Shown: in pieces, positions 19,416 to 30,450 of the stretch
Position numbering within the stretch: position 1 is the stretch's first letter
Layout of the letters: each line of letters opens with the position of its first letter
NCBI GenBank assembly: GCA_903951405.1
Contig: CAJBBV010000168.1
Span: 1 to 59,684 of the forward strand
Source of the DNA: an uncultured bacterium
GTDB lineage: Bacteria; Bacteroidota; Bacteroidia; Chitinophagales; Chitinophagaceae
Length of the DNA: 59,684 bases
Reading direction: 5' to 3'
The notes under the pieces: generated by a model
What the model saw: the letters and a program-made list of their open reading frames with translations, nothing else
The model's database searches: none
What the model was told of the DNA's origin: nothing
Made by a program: the position numbers and the translations under genes

Positions 19416-20660
19416 TTATTTTGGGATCTTGAGGGATTGTCCAATCTGCAGCTCATTGCGTTTCATTGAGTTTGCATCTTTAATTGAGTCTATAGTTATC
19501 TTGTATTTTTTAGCAATGGTATAAAGGGACTCGCCTTGTTTTACTACATGTAGAGCAATATGTTTTTTATTGTGAGAGCTTTTTGCAAAGGGACGCGAAT
19601 TTGATGTGGGCTCATTATTTAGCCGTATTTTTTGTTTGTTTTTTAATCGTTTGTGTTTGTCAATATCGTTGAGGCTAATTAGCGATTCAAGTCGAACGCC
19701 TTCTTTTTGACTTATGTCATAAAGGCTTTCTCCACGTTGAACAATATGGATGTCTTTATCTGCATGCTTTTTTTTCTTCTGCAGAAAGATCAGCTGGTCC
19801 TCTTTTAACAAAGTGGTTGATTTTGGAAGTTCATTCCAGCTAAGAAGCTGGGATAGATGAACATGGTTTTTTTTAGCAATCGAAAGCAATGATTGATTTG
19901 CTTTGCAATACACCACCTTCAAGCCATTTATAGTAAATATGCCTTTTTGGAATTCAGCGGGCTTGGACTTTTTTTCTACTTCAGTTTCTTCAGTTTTTGT
20001 TTCATCATCGTTTAGTGAATTAGTGTTTGATTCATTCAAAGGAGAGCGTTTAGATAATGAAGTCAAGCCGCCTAAGTCATTTTCTAGTAAATTAAAATAT
20101 GAACTTAATGCACTTGAATCATCATCGCTGAACTCATTAAGGGAATTCAGGTTATAGGTTTCAATAAACTTAATAAGGGTTTGAGCATAAATTGGGTTTG
20201 TTGCATAGCCAGCTTTTTTTAACCCCCAGGCCCATGATTTATAATCATTTAAGTCATAATTAAATAGGAATGCGTATCTGGGTTGTGACTTTAAATAGTC
20301 TGAGTGGTCAGCATATGAATCACTGGCTGAAGTGTACTTTCTAAAACATTCGCCTGTTGCATCATCATCATGATATACTTTTTCTCCAGTCCAACTTGTC
20401 TTGCATTTTATCCCAAAGTGGTTATTAGATTGTTGCACCAATTCACTTCTTCCTGCATCAGTTTCTAAAATACCTTGCGCAATCTTTATGGCTGCTGGAA
20501 TGCCCGTTCTATCCATTTCTTGAATTGCTAGTTCAGCGTATGTTTCTATGTAGCTTACAATAGCGGGTGATGTTACTTCTTGCGCATGTATGTTTACGTG
20601 CATGCTAAGTAATAAACCTAGATTTATCAAGAGCTTAGTATATAATCTTCTTTTCTGCAT
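19416..20660 (-). CDS. GH73 glucosaminidase with LysM domains (peptidoglycan hydrolase)
   Basis: Signal peptide; AQGILET, NNHFGIKC, GYATNP.YA; C-terminal HIVQRGESLY and HVVKQGESLY LysM repeats. Confidence 0.92.
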   Translation of the reverse strand: MQKRRLYTKLLINLGLLLSMHVNIHAQEVTSPAIVSYIETYAELAIQEMDRTGIPAAIKIAQGILETDAGRSELVQQSNNHFGIKCKTSWTGEKVYHDDDATGECFRKYTSASDSYADHSDYLKSQPRYAFLFNYDLNDYKSWAWGLKKAGYATNPIYAQTLIKFIETYNLNSLNEFSDDDSSALSSYFNLLENDLGGLTSLSKRSPLNESNTNSLNDDETKTEETEVEKKSKPAEFQKGIFTINGLKVVYCKANQSLLSIAKKNHVHLSQLLSWNELPKSTTLLKEDQLIFLQKKKKHADKDIHIVQRGESLYDISQKEGVRLESLISLNDIDKHKRLKNKQKIRLNNEPTSNSRPFAKSSHNKKHIALHVVKQGESLYTIAKKYKITIDSIKDANSMKRNELQIGQSLKIPK

Positions 20661-20663
20661 TGT

Positions 20664-21302
20664 TTATTTTTTATACAACAGTGTGAGTCCATCACGGATG
20701 GTTAACATTACTTTTTCGACTCGGCTGTCATTTTTAATATATTCATTGAATTCATGGATGGCTTTCGCGTTTTTCCCCACTAATGGATTCTTCAGCACTT
20801 CACCATGAAAAAAAACGTTATCAAATAAAAACCAGGTACCTGGTTTAACTTTTTCAATTAGTGATTCAAAATAATTTAAGTATCCCGTCTTGTCTGCGTC
20901 TACAAAAATTAAATCCCAGTCTTTATCCAAATCAGCGAGTATATCTGTTGCAGAGCCAACATGAATTTTTAGCTGACTTTTATATTCACTGCGATCAAAA
21001 TAGGACTGTGCCGTCAACGCATCATTTTCTCTTTTTTCAATAGTATGAAGTTCTCCGTTTTCAGCTAATCCTTTGGCGAGGCAGAGTGCGCTGTATCCTA
21101 CAAAGCTACCAATCTCTAAAATCATTTTCGGCTTTACCATCCTACTGACCATACTAAGAAATGATCCTTGAAGTGGGCCACTAAGCATATGAGCTTCTGG
21201 ATGGTGTTCTTCTGTCTTATTCTGGATTTCATCCAACAATGAATCTTGCTGCGTGCTATGTTGCAACGCATACTGATTCAAATCTGGTAGGATGATATCC
21301 AT
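20664..21302 (-). CDS. O-methyltransferase (Methyltransf_3 family)
   Basis: Motifs LEIGSFVGYSALCLA, DLIFVDADK, DNV, IRDGLTL. Confidence 0.9.
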   Translation of the reverse strand: MDIILPDLNQYALQHSTQQDSLLDEIQNKTEEHHPEAHMLSGPLQGSFLSMVSRMVKPKMILEIGSFVGYSALCLAKGLAENGELHTIEKRENDALTAQSYFDRSEYKSQLKIHVGSATDILADLDKDWDLIFVDADKTGYLNYFESLIEKVKPGTWFLFDNVFFHGEVLKNPLVGKNAKAIHEFNEYIKNDSRVEKVMLTIRDGLTLLYKK

Positions 21303-21374
21303 ATTATTTTTTTTGCAAAATTACGCTCTTAAGGCTTCTGATACAACTCAACTATGTTGTAGAAAAGTAAAAAA

Positions 21375-22880
21375 TTAGGCGGGTTCTTTCGTAGAAATCA
21401 TCCAAAGTCCTGCAAAAGTAAAAATGCCATTGATTAGCAGCATTTCAAAGCCAATTTGATAGCCATTAAGCCAGGATGCTACATTTTTGCCAAGAATATA
21501 ACAGATAGCTGGGGCAATCAAGCAAACTGCGGTTACACCATATCCTTTCCCGAGTTGTCTTTTCGTTAACATGCCAAATGAAAATAGCCCTAACAAAGGT
21601 CCGTAAGTGTATCCAGCAAGGTCAAGGATGATATTGATAATTGATTTGTTATTGAGCCACTTGAAAATAAGGATACAAAATATAAAAAGTATTGCAAAGC
21701 TGAAGTGAGTTGCAATGCGAATGGCTTTTTGTTTTTTTTCTGTGAGATTAGCGTTTCTACGAATGCCTAGGATGTCAATACAAAAAGAAGAGGTAAGTGC
21801 AGTTAACGCACCGTCAGCGCTCGGGAATAATGCAGAGATTAATGCAATGATGAAAATAATGCCAATAGCTGGTGGCAAATGGAATAATGCTACGGTAGGA
21901 AAAACATCATCTCCAATTACATTCTTACCCTGCAATAAAAGTTGCTTTCCTTCGTATACAGCTCCTTGGTCTATCATATATAAATAGAGCAGTCCGCCTA
22001 AGACAAGAAATAAAAGATTAACCAAGACCATAATGATGGTAAAGCTCAAGATATTTTTTTGTGAATCTTTTACAGTTCGTACGCTGATGTTTTTTTGCAT
22101 CATCTCTTGGTCAAGCCCTGTCATGGCTATGGCGATAACGGCACCACCAATTAAGTTTTTGAACAAAAAAGCCTTGCTCTTATAGTCTGTTTCTATCATT
22201 TTGGTGTATCCCTTTTCAGCCATCATTGAAAAAGCCTGACCTAGTGAAAGGTTCATGTGACTGAGGATATAAGATAAGCAGATGATGAGCCCTAAAAGCA
22301 TGCAGCTCGTTTGTAGGGTATCGGTATATACAATCGTTTTAACCCCACCTTTGAACGTATATAATAAAATCATGAGTAGGATAAGGGCAGTTGTTACAGC
22401 AAAGGGTACTCCCATTTCATCTAAAATGAAAATCTGTAAAACATTTATCACTAGAAATAATCTTGCGGTGGCGCCAAAAGTGCGGGATATGATGAAGAAA
22501 AGTGATCCTGTTTTATAGCTTGATCTTCCAAATCGTTGGTCTAAATAATGATAAATCGAAGTCAGATTGAGCTTGTAGTAAAGTGGCAAGAGTACCAACC
22601 CAATTACTGCGTATCCGAAAATATATCCGATAGCGACCTGAAAATAACCAAATCCTTTAAATCCATTGAGCCCAAAGTCACCAACTGTTCCAGGCACAGA
22701 AACGAATGTTACGCCAGACAATGATGTGCCAATCATACCAAAGGCAACGAGCATCCAATTCGAGTTTCTGTTGCCAATGAAAAAAGATTCATTTGTGGCG
22801 TTTCGGGAGGTGTAGAATGCAACGCTAAGTAAAATGATAAAGTAGCCTGTAACGAACGAAAATAAAATAAGTGGTGACAT
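21375..22880 (-). CDS. Sodium:solute symporter
   Basis: Highly hydrophobic; SLSGVTFVSVPG, GGVKTIVYTDTLQT, GLDQEMMQK. Confidence 0.9.
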   Translation of the reverse strand: MSPLILFSFVTGYFIILLSVAFYTSRNATNESFFIGNRNSNWMLVAFGMIGTSLSGVTFVSVPGTVGDFGLNGFKGFGYFQVAIGYIFGYAVIGLVLLPLYYKLNLTSIYHYLDQRFGRSSYKTGSLFFIISRTFGATARLFLVINVLQIFILDEMGVPFAVTTALILLMILLYTFKGGVKTIVYTDTLQTSCMLLGLIICLSYILSHMNLSLGQAFSMMAEKGYTKMIETDYKSKAFLFKNLIGGAVIAIAMTGLDQEMMQKNISVRTVKDSQKNILSFTIIMVLVNLLFLVLGGLLYLYMIDQGAVYEGKQLLLQGKNVIGDDVFPTVALFHLPPAIGIIFIIALISALFPSADGALTALTSSFCIDILGIRRNANLTEKKQKAIRIATHFSFAILFIFCILIFKWLNNKSIINIILDLAGYTYGPLLGLFSFGMLTKRQLGKGYGVTAVCLIAPAICYILGKNVASWLNGYQIGFEMLLINGIFTFAGLWMISTKEPA

Positions 22881-23026
22881 GATTTAGCCTTCTGGTGGAA
22901 AGATAATGCAAATATGGAAATTCAAAAATGGCATGGTTGTAATAAGGTGGATAATAACTTTGACTTTTGATGTTTTTCTTTTGCTAAATATGTTCTTTCT
23001 TTCTTGAATCATGTTAAATTTGAGCT

Positions 23027-24685
23027 ATGCTTCAGCGCCTTTTGATTCAGAATTATGCGATCATTTCTGCACTTGAGATTGATTTCTCTAGTAAGCTTTC
23101 TATTATCACTGGAGAAACGGGTGCCGGAAAGAGTATTCTTATGGGGGCACTAGGGCTGGCATTGGGGAATAGAGCTGATTTGTCGCAATTAGGTGATAGA
23201 GCAAAAAAACTGATTGTTGAAGCCACATTCATTTCGGAAGGAAAATCTAACCTGAAAGAGCTACTCTTGGAATCGGATATTGATATCGATGCAGAATTAA
23301 TCTTGCGTCGTGAGATTGCGGCCAATGGCAAGTCAAGATGTTTTGTAAACGATACACCTGTAAGTTTAGGCATTCTACAATCCATTGCTTCTTTATTGGT
23401 TGATTTACACCAACAATTTGATACACTGCAGTTGGGAAATAAAGATTTCCAAAGAACATTACTAGATGCTAGTGCTGGATCAATGCATCTAATGAATGAG
23501 TATGCAAAGCTGTATTCAGAATATGTAGAGGTCTCAAAGAAAATAGTGCTACTCAAACAGCATATAGCAAAAGCAGACCAAGAGCGTGAATACACTCTTT
23601 TTTTGTTAACTGAGTTGGATGAATTGAATTGGTTAGAAGGGGAAGGAAAGCAATTGGAGGAAGAATTAAATGTGTTGTCTCATGCTGAACAAATAAGAGA
23701 TGGGTTATCAACTATTTCTTACACCTTAGCTGATGGCGAGCAACCTATGTTGGCAAAGCTGAAGAATATGCAAACTGTGTTGCAGTCACTTGCATCCTTT
23801 CATGCTGATTTACATGCCATGTCCTCTCGAATGGGCGCTGCATACCTTGAGTTAAAAGATTTAAGTGGTGAATTGCAGTCCATGATGAATAAGATTTTGG
23901 TTGATGAAAAAAGAATGGATCAAATTAATGAGCGCTTATCAAACTCACAGCGTCTTGTAAAAAAACATGGATTGGTTTCTGCTGATGAGCTTGTGGTTTT
24001 GCGAAACGGATTTCATAAAGAGGTTAAATCCCTTGAGCATGTTCAAGACGAATTAGACGCATGTGAAAAGGAAAAAGACCTGCTTTTTAATCATGCATAC
24101 AAAGTTGCAAACCAGATTCATGAAAAGAGGGTAAAGCAGGTTCCGGTCCTTGAGAAGTCTACAAAAGAATTACTTGCTCGCGTTGGTATGCCAAATGCAT
24201 CTTTGAAGATAGAGGTGAAGAAGGGCGAACTATCTCCAGTTGGATTAGATCAAATTAGTTTTTTGTTTGATGCAAATAAAAGCGGCAACTATGAACCGTT
24301 ACACAAAGTAGCGAGTGGGGGAGAATTAAGTAGGCTTATGCTGATTCTGAAATCATTGGTTGCTGATTCTCTTGAAATGCCTACGTTGATTTTTGACGAG
24401 ATTGATACAGGGATTAGTGGTGAAGCAGCAAGGCAGGTTGGATTATTGATGGAAGAACTAGCTGACTCTCATCAGTTGATTTCTATTACCCATCAACCTC
24501 AAATTGCTGCTAAGGCTGATTATCATTTGTACGTTTTCAAACAAGAAGTTAATGGAATGATTACAACCGGCATAAAGCGACTTCTTCCTGATGAAAGTAT
24601 CATGGCAGTAGCTAGAATGTTGGCAGGGGAAAACCCAAGTGAAGCTGCCATTGCCAGTGCTAAAGAGATGATGGTTAGAAATTAG
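23027..24685 (+). CDS. recN: DNA repair protein RecN
   Basis: ITGETGAGKS Walker A, ASGGELSRLML signature, IFDEIDTGISG, ITHQPQIAA. Confidence 0.97.
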   Translation: MLQRLLIQNYAIISALEIDFSSKLSIITGETGAGKSILMGALGLALGNRADLSQLGDRAKKLIVEATFISEGKSNLKELLLESDIDIDAELILRREIAANGKSRCFVNDTPVSLGILQSIASLLVDLHQQFDTLQLGNKDFQRTLLDASAGSMHLMNEYAKLYSEYVEVSKKIVLLKQHIAKADQEREYTLFLLTELDELNWLEGEGKQLEEELNVLSHAEQIRDGLSTISYTLADGEQPMLAKLKNMQTVLQSLASFHADLHAMSSRMGAAYLELKDLSGELQSMMNKILVDEKRMDQINERLSNSQRLVKKHGLVSADELVVLRNGFHKEVKSLEHVQDELDACEKEKDLLFNHAYKVANQIHEKRVKQVPVLEKSTKELLARVGMPNASLKIEVKKGELSPVGLDQISFLFDANKSGNYEPLHKVASGGELSRLMLILKSLVADSLEMPTLIFDEIDTGISGEAARQVGLLMEELADSHQLISITHQPQIAAKADYHLYVFKQEVNGMITTGIKRLLPDESIMAVARMLAGENPSEAAIASAKEMMVRN

Positions 24686-24771
24686 TACATTCTTTATATG
24701 TGGTAACTATCCGTTGTCTTGTAATTTGACATCTTTTTTCTCGTTATCTTTGCAGTCCAAAATAGAACGAT

Positions 24772-25584
24772 ATGTCTAATCAACTACTTAAAGGTAAAAA
24801 AGGAATTATTTTCGGAGCGCTTGACGAAAAATCCATTGCATGGAAAACAGCATTGGCCTGCCATGCTCAAGGAGCTGAACTAGTTCTTACCAATGCACCT
24901 GTTGCATTAAGAATGGGGGAAATTAATAAACTTGCAGAGGCAGTTAACGCCCCAGTGATTGGTGCCGATGTAGTTAACATGGATGACCTGAAAAAATTAT
25001 TTGAAGAAGCTGTTAAGCATTTTGGAGGTGGGGTAGATTTCATCTTGCATTCGATTGGAATGAGTTTGAACGTGAGGAAGGGTAAGCATTACACAGAAAT
25101 GGATTATGGGTTTAATCAAAAAACGCTTGATATTTCTGCCATGTCATTGCATCGTGTGTTGAGGACTGCATGGGATATGGATGCATTAAATGAAAATGGC
25201 AGTGTAGTGGCACTTACTTATATCGCTGCTCAACGTGTATTCCCTGATTATAATGAAATGGCTGATGCGAAAGCGTTGTTGGAAAGTGTAACACGTAGTT
25301 TTGGGTATCACTATGGGGTTCGTAAAAAAGTTAGAATCAATACTATATCTCAATCGCCAACGTTAACAACAGCAGGTAGTGGTGTAAAAGGATTTAATGG
25401 GTTTGTTACCTATGCAGAAAAGATGAGTCCTTTGGGTAATGCATCTGGAGAAGATTGTGCGAATTACTGTGTGAGTCTTTTCTCTGATCTTACTAAAATG
25501 GTTACCATGCAAAATCTTTTTCACGATGGTGGCTTCTCTTTTACAGGTGTCACCAATGAGGTGATTGAGCAAATGGAAAAGTAA
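24772..25584 (+). CDS. fabI: Enoyl-ACP reductase
   Basis: LLKGKKGIIFGALDEKSIAW, LHSIGMS, YNEMADAK, QNLFHDGG; TATCTTTG promoter at 24745-24752. Confidence 0.92.
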   Translation: MSNQLLKGKKGIIFGALDEKSIAWKTALACHAQGAELVLTNAPVALRMGEINKLAEAVNAPVIGADVVNMDDLKKLFEEAVKHFGGGVDFILHSIGMSLNVRKGKHYTEMDYGFNQKTLDISAMSLHRVLRTAWDMDALNENGSVVALTYIAAQRVFPDYNEMADAKALLESVTRSFGYHYGVRKKVRINTISQSPTLTTAGSGVKGFNGFVTYAEKMSPLGNASGEDCANYCVSLFSDLTKMVTMQNLFHDGGFSFTGVTNEVIEQMEK

Positions 25585-25604
25585 ATCATCTCTTAATTTC
25601 TCAT

Positions 25605-25862
25605 ATGGAATGGATTGAGTATGTAGGGTATGTTGGGGTTGTTCTTTCTTCTATTACCTTTTTGCCTCAGGTATTGCACGCATGGCGAACTAAGTCGGTT
25701 GGTGACCTTTCTATTTGGATGGTACTGATTTTGATTGGAAATGTAACGACATGGTTATTTTACTCATCCGTAAAGGGTGTTCTCCCCATGATTATTGCAA
25801 ATGCCATCATATTAGTGCTTTCGTTCATCATGTTATTTTTCAAACTAACTTTTAAGAAATAA
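25605..25862 (+). CDS. SemiSWEET (PQ-loop) transporter
   Basis: 85 aa, three TM helices, FLPQV...TKSVGDLS, IIAN. Confidence 0.88.
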   Translation: MEWIEYVGYVGVVLSSITFLPQVLHAWRTKSVGDLSIWMVLILIGNVTTWLFYSSVKGVLPMIIANAIILVLSFIMLFFKLTFKK

Positions 25863-25886
25863 AAAACCACCTTGAAGGTGGTTTTT
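25862..25886. terminator. Bidirectional intrinsic terminator
   Basis: AAAAACCACC-TTGAA-GGTGGTTTTT between convergent genes. Confidence 0.85.
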
Positions 25887-25904
25887 AGTATCTAACGTAG
25901 TTTT

Positions 25905-26126
25905 TTAATATTCATCTTCATTAAAGAAGAAATCCTCTTGGCTTGGATAATCAGGCCAGATATCATCGATGCCTTCATAAATGTCTCCTTCATCTTCAAG
26001 CTCTTGAAGATTTTCAATTACTTCAATAGGAGCGCCACTGCGTATGCCGTAATCGATTAATTCATCTTTTGTAGCAGGCCATGGAGCGTCTTCAAGATAT
26101 GATGCTAGTTCGAGTGTCCAGAACAT
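25905..26126 (-). CDS. DUF2795 domain protein
   Basis: MFWTLELASYLEDAPWPATKDELIDY...FFNEDEY, a highly conserved small Bacteroidota protein. Confidence 0.92.
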   Translation of the reverse strand: MFWTLELASYLEDAPWPATKDELIDYGIRSGAPIEVIENLQELEDEGDIYEGIDDIWPDYPSQEDFFFNEDEY

Positions 26127-26275
26127 AGGGGTAAGCGTTTGATTTTTGGCAAAAGTAATGGTTAAATTGATATATCCAAATCCTAAGATATCAACAGATA
26201 AGGGATTTTATGGTTCAGTAGTTTAGTATTTGTAGGAGAATTGACTTTGTTTACCTTCACCTTAAATTAACATAC

Positions 26276-26941
26276 ATGTTAGCAGCTAAGGGGATAGTCA
26301 AGTTTTACGGCACTCTTGAAGTGTTGAAGGGGGTGGATTTTTCCATTTCTCAAGGTGAAATTGTGAGTATTGCAGGTTCCTCGGGTGCAGGTAAAACTAC
26401 ATTGTTGCATATTTTGGGTACCCTAGACAATCCAGATCAGGGGGAGATATGGTTTGGAGAAAAGCGTCTAGATACAATGAAGTCAAAGGAGTTGGCCGAT
26501 TTTCGTAACCAACATATTGGATTTGTTTTCCAGTTTCATCATCTTCTTCCTGAATTTACTGCCTTGGAAAATGTTTGTGTGCCGGGTTGGATAGCTGGTA
26601 GAAAGACGGGTGAATTGGAGAAAAAGGCAGGTGAATTATTGGAACGTCTGGGTGTTTCGGCTAGGGCGTCTCATAAACCCAACGCACTCTCTGGGGGTGA
26701 ACAACAACGTGTGGCCGTAGCCAGGGCATTGGTCAATAACCCAGGTATTATTTTTGCCGATGAACCTACTGGCAATTTGGATTCAACTAATGCAACGTCA
26801 TTACACAATTTATTTAAGCAGCTCAGGGATGAGTTGAATCAAACATTTTTGATTGTTACGCATAACGAGGAGCTCGCCGCCATGAGCGATAGGGTCATGC
26901 ATTTGAAAGATGGAAGATGGATGGTGCCAACAACTAGCTAA
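26276..26941 (+). CDS. lolD: LolD-like lipoprotein-releasing ABC transporter ATPase
   Basis: Motifs [52 protein letters not shown]. Confidence 0.8.
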   Translation: MLAAKGIVKFYGTLEVLKGVDFSISQGEIVSIAGSSGAGKTTLLHILGTLDNPDQGEIWFGEKRLDTMKSKELADFRNQHIGFVFQFHHLLPEFTALENVCVPGWIAGRKTGELEKKAGELLERLGVSARASHKPNALSGGEQQRVAVARALVNNPGIIFADEPTGNLDSTNATSLHNLFKQLRDELNQTFLIVTHNEELAAMSDRVMHLKDGRWMVPTTS

Positions 26942-27497
26942 CTCTTGGTATCCAAGTTACTTCTTCTGCATTCAGGTCTTTTGCCATGAATCTTGACAAT
27001 ACAAATAAGTAGTCGCTTAATCGATTGATGTATTTGATGATTAAGTATTCATGGTCTTCGTCTTCAATCAATAGGTCTACAATAATTCGTTCTGTTCTTC
27101 TGCAGACGCATCTCGCGATGTGAAGCTGTGAAACGGTAGGGTGTCCACCTGGCATAATAAAGAATTGCAATGGGGCTAATGTAAGATCCATTTTGTCCAT
27201 TTCTTCCTCTAGATAAAATACATCAGTATCTTTTAAGTCGGGGATTTTAAGCTTAGGCTCTTTTTCTGGATCACAGGCTAAAGCAGACCCAATCGTAAAA
27301 AGCCTATCCTGGACCTCTTTCAGTACATTCTTGATTGAATTATCGTGGATGAGGTCCCTGCATAGGCTGACATGTGAGTTGAGCTCATCTACTGTGCCAT
27401 ACGCCTCAATTCTGGTGTGGGATTTTCTTACTTTAGTACCTCCTATCAATGAGGTCGTTCCTTTATCTCCTGTCTTCGTATAAATTTTCATTGCCAT
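26934..27497 (-). CDS. PduO-type ATP:cob(I)alamin adenosyltransferase
   Basis: Motifs [42 protein letters not shown]. Confidence 0.94.
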   Translation of the reverse strand: MAMKIYTKTGDKGTTSLIGGTKVRKSHTRIEAYGTVDELNSHVSLCRDLIHDNSIKNVLKEVQDRLFTIGSALACDPEKEPKLKIPDLKDTDVFYLEEEMDKMDLTLAPLQFFIMPGGHPTVSQLHIARCVCRRTERIIVDLLIEDEDHEYLIIKYINRLSDYLFVLSRFMAKDLNAEEVTWIPRVS

Positions 27498-27565
27498 AAG
27501 CCACTAAATTATGTTAATAGATAATGTGGCAGCGACATAATTGTTCACTTTAAATACAGATATTT

Positions 27566-28270
27566 TTACACCACGCTTGCGGCATCCTTTATTCTGTCGC
27601 TTTCCAATAGCCCATCTCTAAGTCTTATGACACGTTTGGCGTAATTGGAAATATCTTCTTCATGGGTTACTAAAACGACAGTATTCCCATCATTATGAAT
27701 CTTTGCAAAAATACTCATGATCTCATATGACGTTTTGGTGTCTAAGTTACCGGTAGGTTCATCCGCTAAAATGATGGAAGGATTATTGACTAATGCCCTG
27801 GCTATAGCCACACGTTGACATTGACCTCCTGAAAGCTCGTTTGGTTTATGGTGGCTCCTGTCCATCAAGTCAACTTTTCTAAGTACTTCTTGTGCCATTT
27901 CTGTCCTGGTTTTTTTTGGAATACCTGCATAAACCAGCGGTAGGGCTACATTTTCCAGGGCGGTTAACCGTGGCAACAAGTTGAATTGCTGAAACACAAA
28001 CCCAATTTCCTTATTTCTAATATCTGCTAAATCATTGTCGGGCATAGTGCTAACATCTTTGCCATTCAATATATATTTACCAGATGTTGGGGAATCCAAG
28101 CATCCTAAAATATTCATCAGCGTACTCTTGCCAGAGCCAGAGGGCCCCATTAACGCAACGTATTCATTACGTAGAATATCAATGTTTAGTCCTTTCAAGA
28201 TTTTTAATTCTTGGCTGCCCATGAAATAGCTCTTGCAAATATCTTTAAGATGGATTACAGAATTTGACAT
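27566..28270 (-). CDS. MacB/LolD-family ABC transporter ATP-binding protein
   Basis: Motifs [34 protein letters not shown]. Confidence 0.93.
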   Translation of the reverse strand: MSNSVIHLKDICKSYFMGSQELKILKGLNIDILRNEYVALMGPSGSGKSTLMNILGCLDSPTSGKYILNGKDVSTMPDNDLADIRNKEIGFVFQQFNLLPRLTALENVALPLVYAGIPKKTRTEMAQEVLRKVDLMDRSHHKPNELSGGQCQRVAIARALVNNPSIILADEPTGNLDTKTSYEIMSIFAKIHNDGNTVVLVTHEEDISNYAKRVIRLRDGLLESDRIKDAASVV

Positions 28271-28274
28271 GTAA

Positions 28275-28565
28275 TTATTTTTTGATCACTTTAGGGACGG
28301 TAAAAAATTCATTTAAGGTTGCAGGGGCATTCTTAAGAGCGGTTGCATTGTCGACTGATCCTTTTACAACATCCTCACGAAGGCTGTTTTCGGTATGGCT
28401 GATGTGGGTGAGGGGCTCAACACCCGTCGTATCGATTTCATTTAGTTTTTCTACAAAGCTGATCATTTGTTGTAGGTCTTTTCGAATTGATTCAGCTTCT
28501 TCTGTATTGAAGTCAAGTCGGGCTAAAGTTGCCAGCTTGTTTACCATTTCTTTATTCAGTTCCAT
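28275..28565 (-). CDS. gatC: Asp/Glu-tRNA amidotransferase subunit C
   Basis: Motifs [24 protein letters not shown]...FFTVPKVI. Confidence 0.93.
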   Translation of the reverse strand: MELNKEMVNKLATLARLDFNTEEAESIRKDLQQMISFVEKLNEIDTTGVEPLTHISHTENSLREDVVKGSVDNATALKNAPATLNEFFTVPKVIKK

Positions 28566-28698
28566 TGCTATGAATTGACCGTAAAATTAACCAATATCAT
28601 GGGAACCGCTTTTTTTTATTGATGAACGGAAGACAAAACGCCTAGAAGAATATGCTAAACCCATAAAGAGCAGGCGATACATTTATTATATTTGCCAC

Positions 28699-29700
28699 AT
28701 GAGTACGGAAAATGCAATTGTAATGAGCGGTATACGGCCAACCGGATACCTTCATCTGGGTAACTATTTTGGCGCCATGCGCAATTATGTGAAGCTACAG
28801 GAAAAATATACCTGTTTTTTCATGGTAGCTGATTTGCATGCCCTAACAACACATCCCGATACCAAGGAGCTGAAGTCAAATGTCTATCGGGTAATAGCAG
28901 AAAATATTGCCTGCGGAATTGATCCTGAAAAGGCGGCACTGTATTGTCAAAGTCATGTGCATGAAACAGCAGAATTATACCTATATCTCAATATGCTCGC
29001 TTACCTTGGAGAGCTTGAAAAAACCACCACGTTTAAAGACAAAGCAAGGTTACAGCCCGATAATATTAATGCAGGATTATTAACTTACCCCGTGCTTCAA
29101 GCAGCAGATATTATTTTGCACAGAGCTACGTGGGTTCCTGTTGGCAAGGATCAAGAGCAGCATCTTGAAATGTCGAGAAATTTTGTAAAACGGTTTAATC
29201 ACCGGTATGGTAATATTTTTCCAGAGCCCATGGCCTATAATTTTGGTGATGAATTGGTTAAGGTGCCGAGCCTCGATGGTACTGGGAAAATGAGTAAAAG
29301 TGAAAACCAGTTAGCCACTATTTATTTAGCGGATGATGATGAGTTGATTAGGAAAAAGGTGATGAAAGCCAAGACTGACGGAGGCCCAACCGAGGTAAAC
29401 ATGCCAAAGCCAGATTATATTGAAAATATTTTCCTTCTAATGAAGTTGGTTAGTGAACAATCTACCATTGATTTATTTGAGAAGGCTTACCAAGAGTGTA
29501 CAATTCGTTACGGAGATATGAAAAAGCAGCTTGCGGAAGATATGGTTACGTTCATTTCTCCAATCAGGCAAAAGGCCATCACGATTCAGCAGGATGAGCA
29601 GTATATGAAGAAGATCATGGAGCAAGGAGCTGAAAAGGCATGTGCGAGCGCCAAAAAAACAATGGAACTTGTACGGGAAGCCATGGGATTGGTCTACTAA
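28699..29700 (+). CDS. trpS: Tryptophan--tRNA ligase
   Basis: SGIRPTGYLHLGNY (HIGH-type motif), VPVGKDQEQHLE, KMSKS. Confidence 0.97.
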   Translation: MSTENAIVMSGIRPTGYLHLGNYFGAMRNYVKLQEKYTCFFMVADLHALTTHPDTKELKSNVYRVIAENIACGIDPEKAALYCQSHVHETAELYLYLNMLAYLGELEKTTTFKDKARLQPDNINAGLLTYPVLQAADIILHRATWVPVGKDQEQHLEMSRNFVKRFNHRYGNIFPEPMAYNFGDELVKVPSLDGTGKMSKSENQLATIYLADDDELIRKKVMKAKTDGGPTEVNMPKPDYIENIFLLMKLVSEQSTIDLFEKAYQECTIRYGDMKKQLAEDMVTFISPIRQKAITIQQDEQYMKKIMEQGAEKACASAKKTMELVREAMGLVY

Positions 29701-29814
29701 AAGGGGCTAGAATGATTTCTTACAAAAAAAAGTAGCTTCATCTTTCTTTTGTCAAAATGAATATGTACTTTGTTAACCTGTGATTCCTAGATCCAGAAAG
29801 AACTTCATAATACA

Positions 29815-30450
29815 ATGGCTAAAATAAAAAAACCTAAACACATCGCGATTGCTGGCAACATTGGTGCTGGAAAAACATCGCTTACGGAGTTGTTGAGTAA
29901 ACACTATCGTTGGATTCCTCAATTCGAGGATGTTGATCAGAATCCTTACTTGTTCGACTTCTATGAAGATATGCCTCGGTGGAGTTTTAATCTTCAAGTC
30001 TATTTTCTCAATAGTCGTTTGAATCAATTGCTTGAGATTAGTAAAGGAACAGAAACCGTTATTCAAGATAGAACGATATACGAGGATGCCTATATTTTTG
30101 CTCCAAATCTTCAAGAGATGGGGTTGATGACAAAGCGCGATTTTGATAACTACTTTGATTTTTTTCAAAATCTACGTCAAATGGTTAAACCCCCAGATTT
30201 ATTAATTTATTTACAGGCTTCCGTTCCTACACTAGTTGGGCAGATACAAAAAAGAGGAAGGGAGTACGAAGAGAATATAAGACTAGACTACCTCAAGAAA
30301 TTAAATGAGTTTTATAACAAATGGATTGAGGGATATAAAGAAGGCCCATTGCTCATTATTAATGTAGATACAAATAAGTTTGTCGAAAATGAAGAGGACA
30401 TGGGGGAAATAATAGCGAAGGTTGATGCAGCGCTTTACGGGCTGTCTTAA
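29815..30450 (+). CDS. Deoxynucleoside kinase
   Basis: AGNIGAGKT P-loop, QDRTIYED, IQKRGREYE. Confidence 0.93.
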   Translation: MAKIKKPKHIAIAGNIGAGKTSLTELLSKHYRWIPQFEDVDQNPYLFDFYEDMPRWSFNLQVYFLNSRLNQLLEISKGTETVIQDRTIYEDAYIFAPNLQEMGLMTKRDFDNYFDFFQNLRQMVKPPDLLIYLQASVPTLVGQIQKRGREYEENIRLDYLKKLNEFYNKWIEGYKEGPLLIINVDTNKFVENEEDMGEIIAKVDAALYGLS

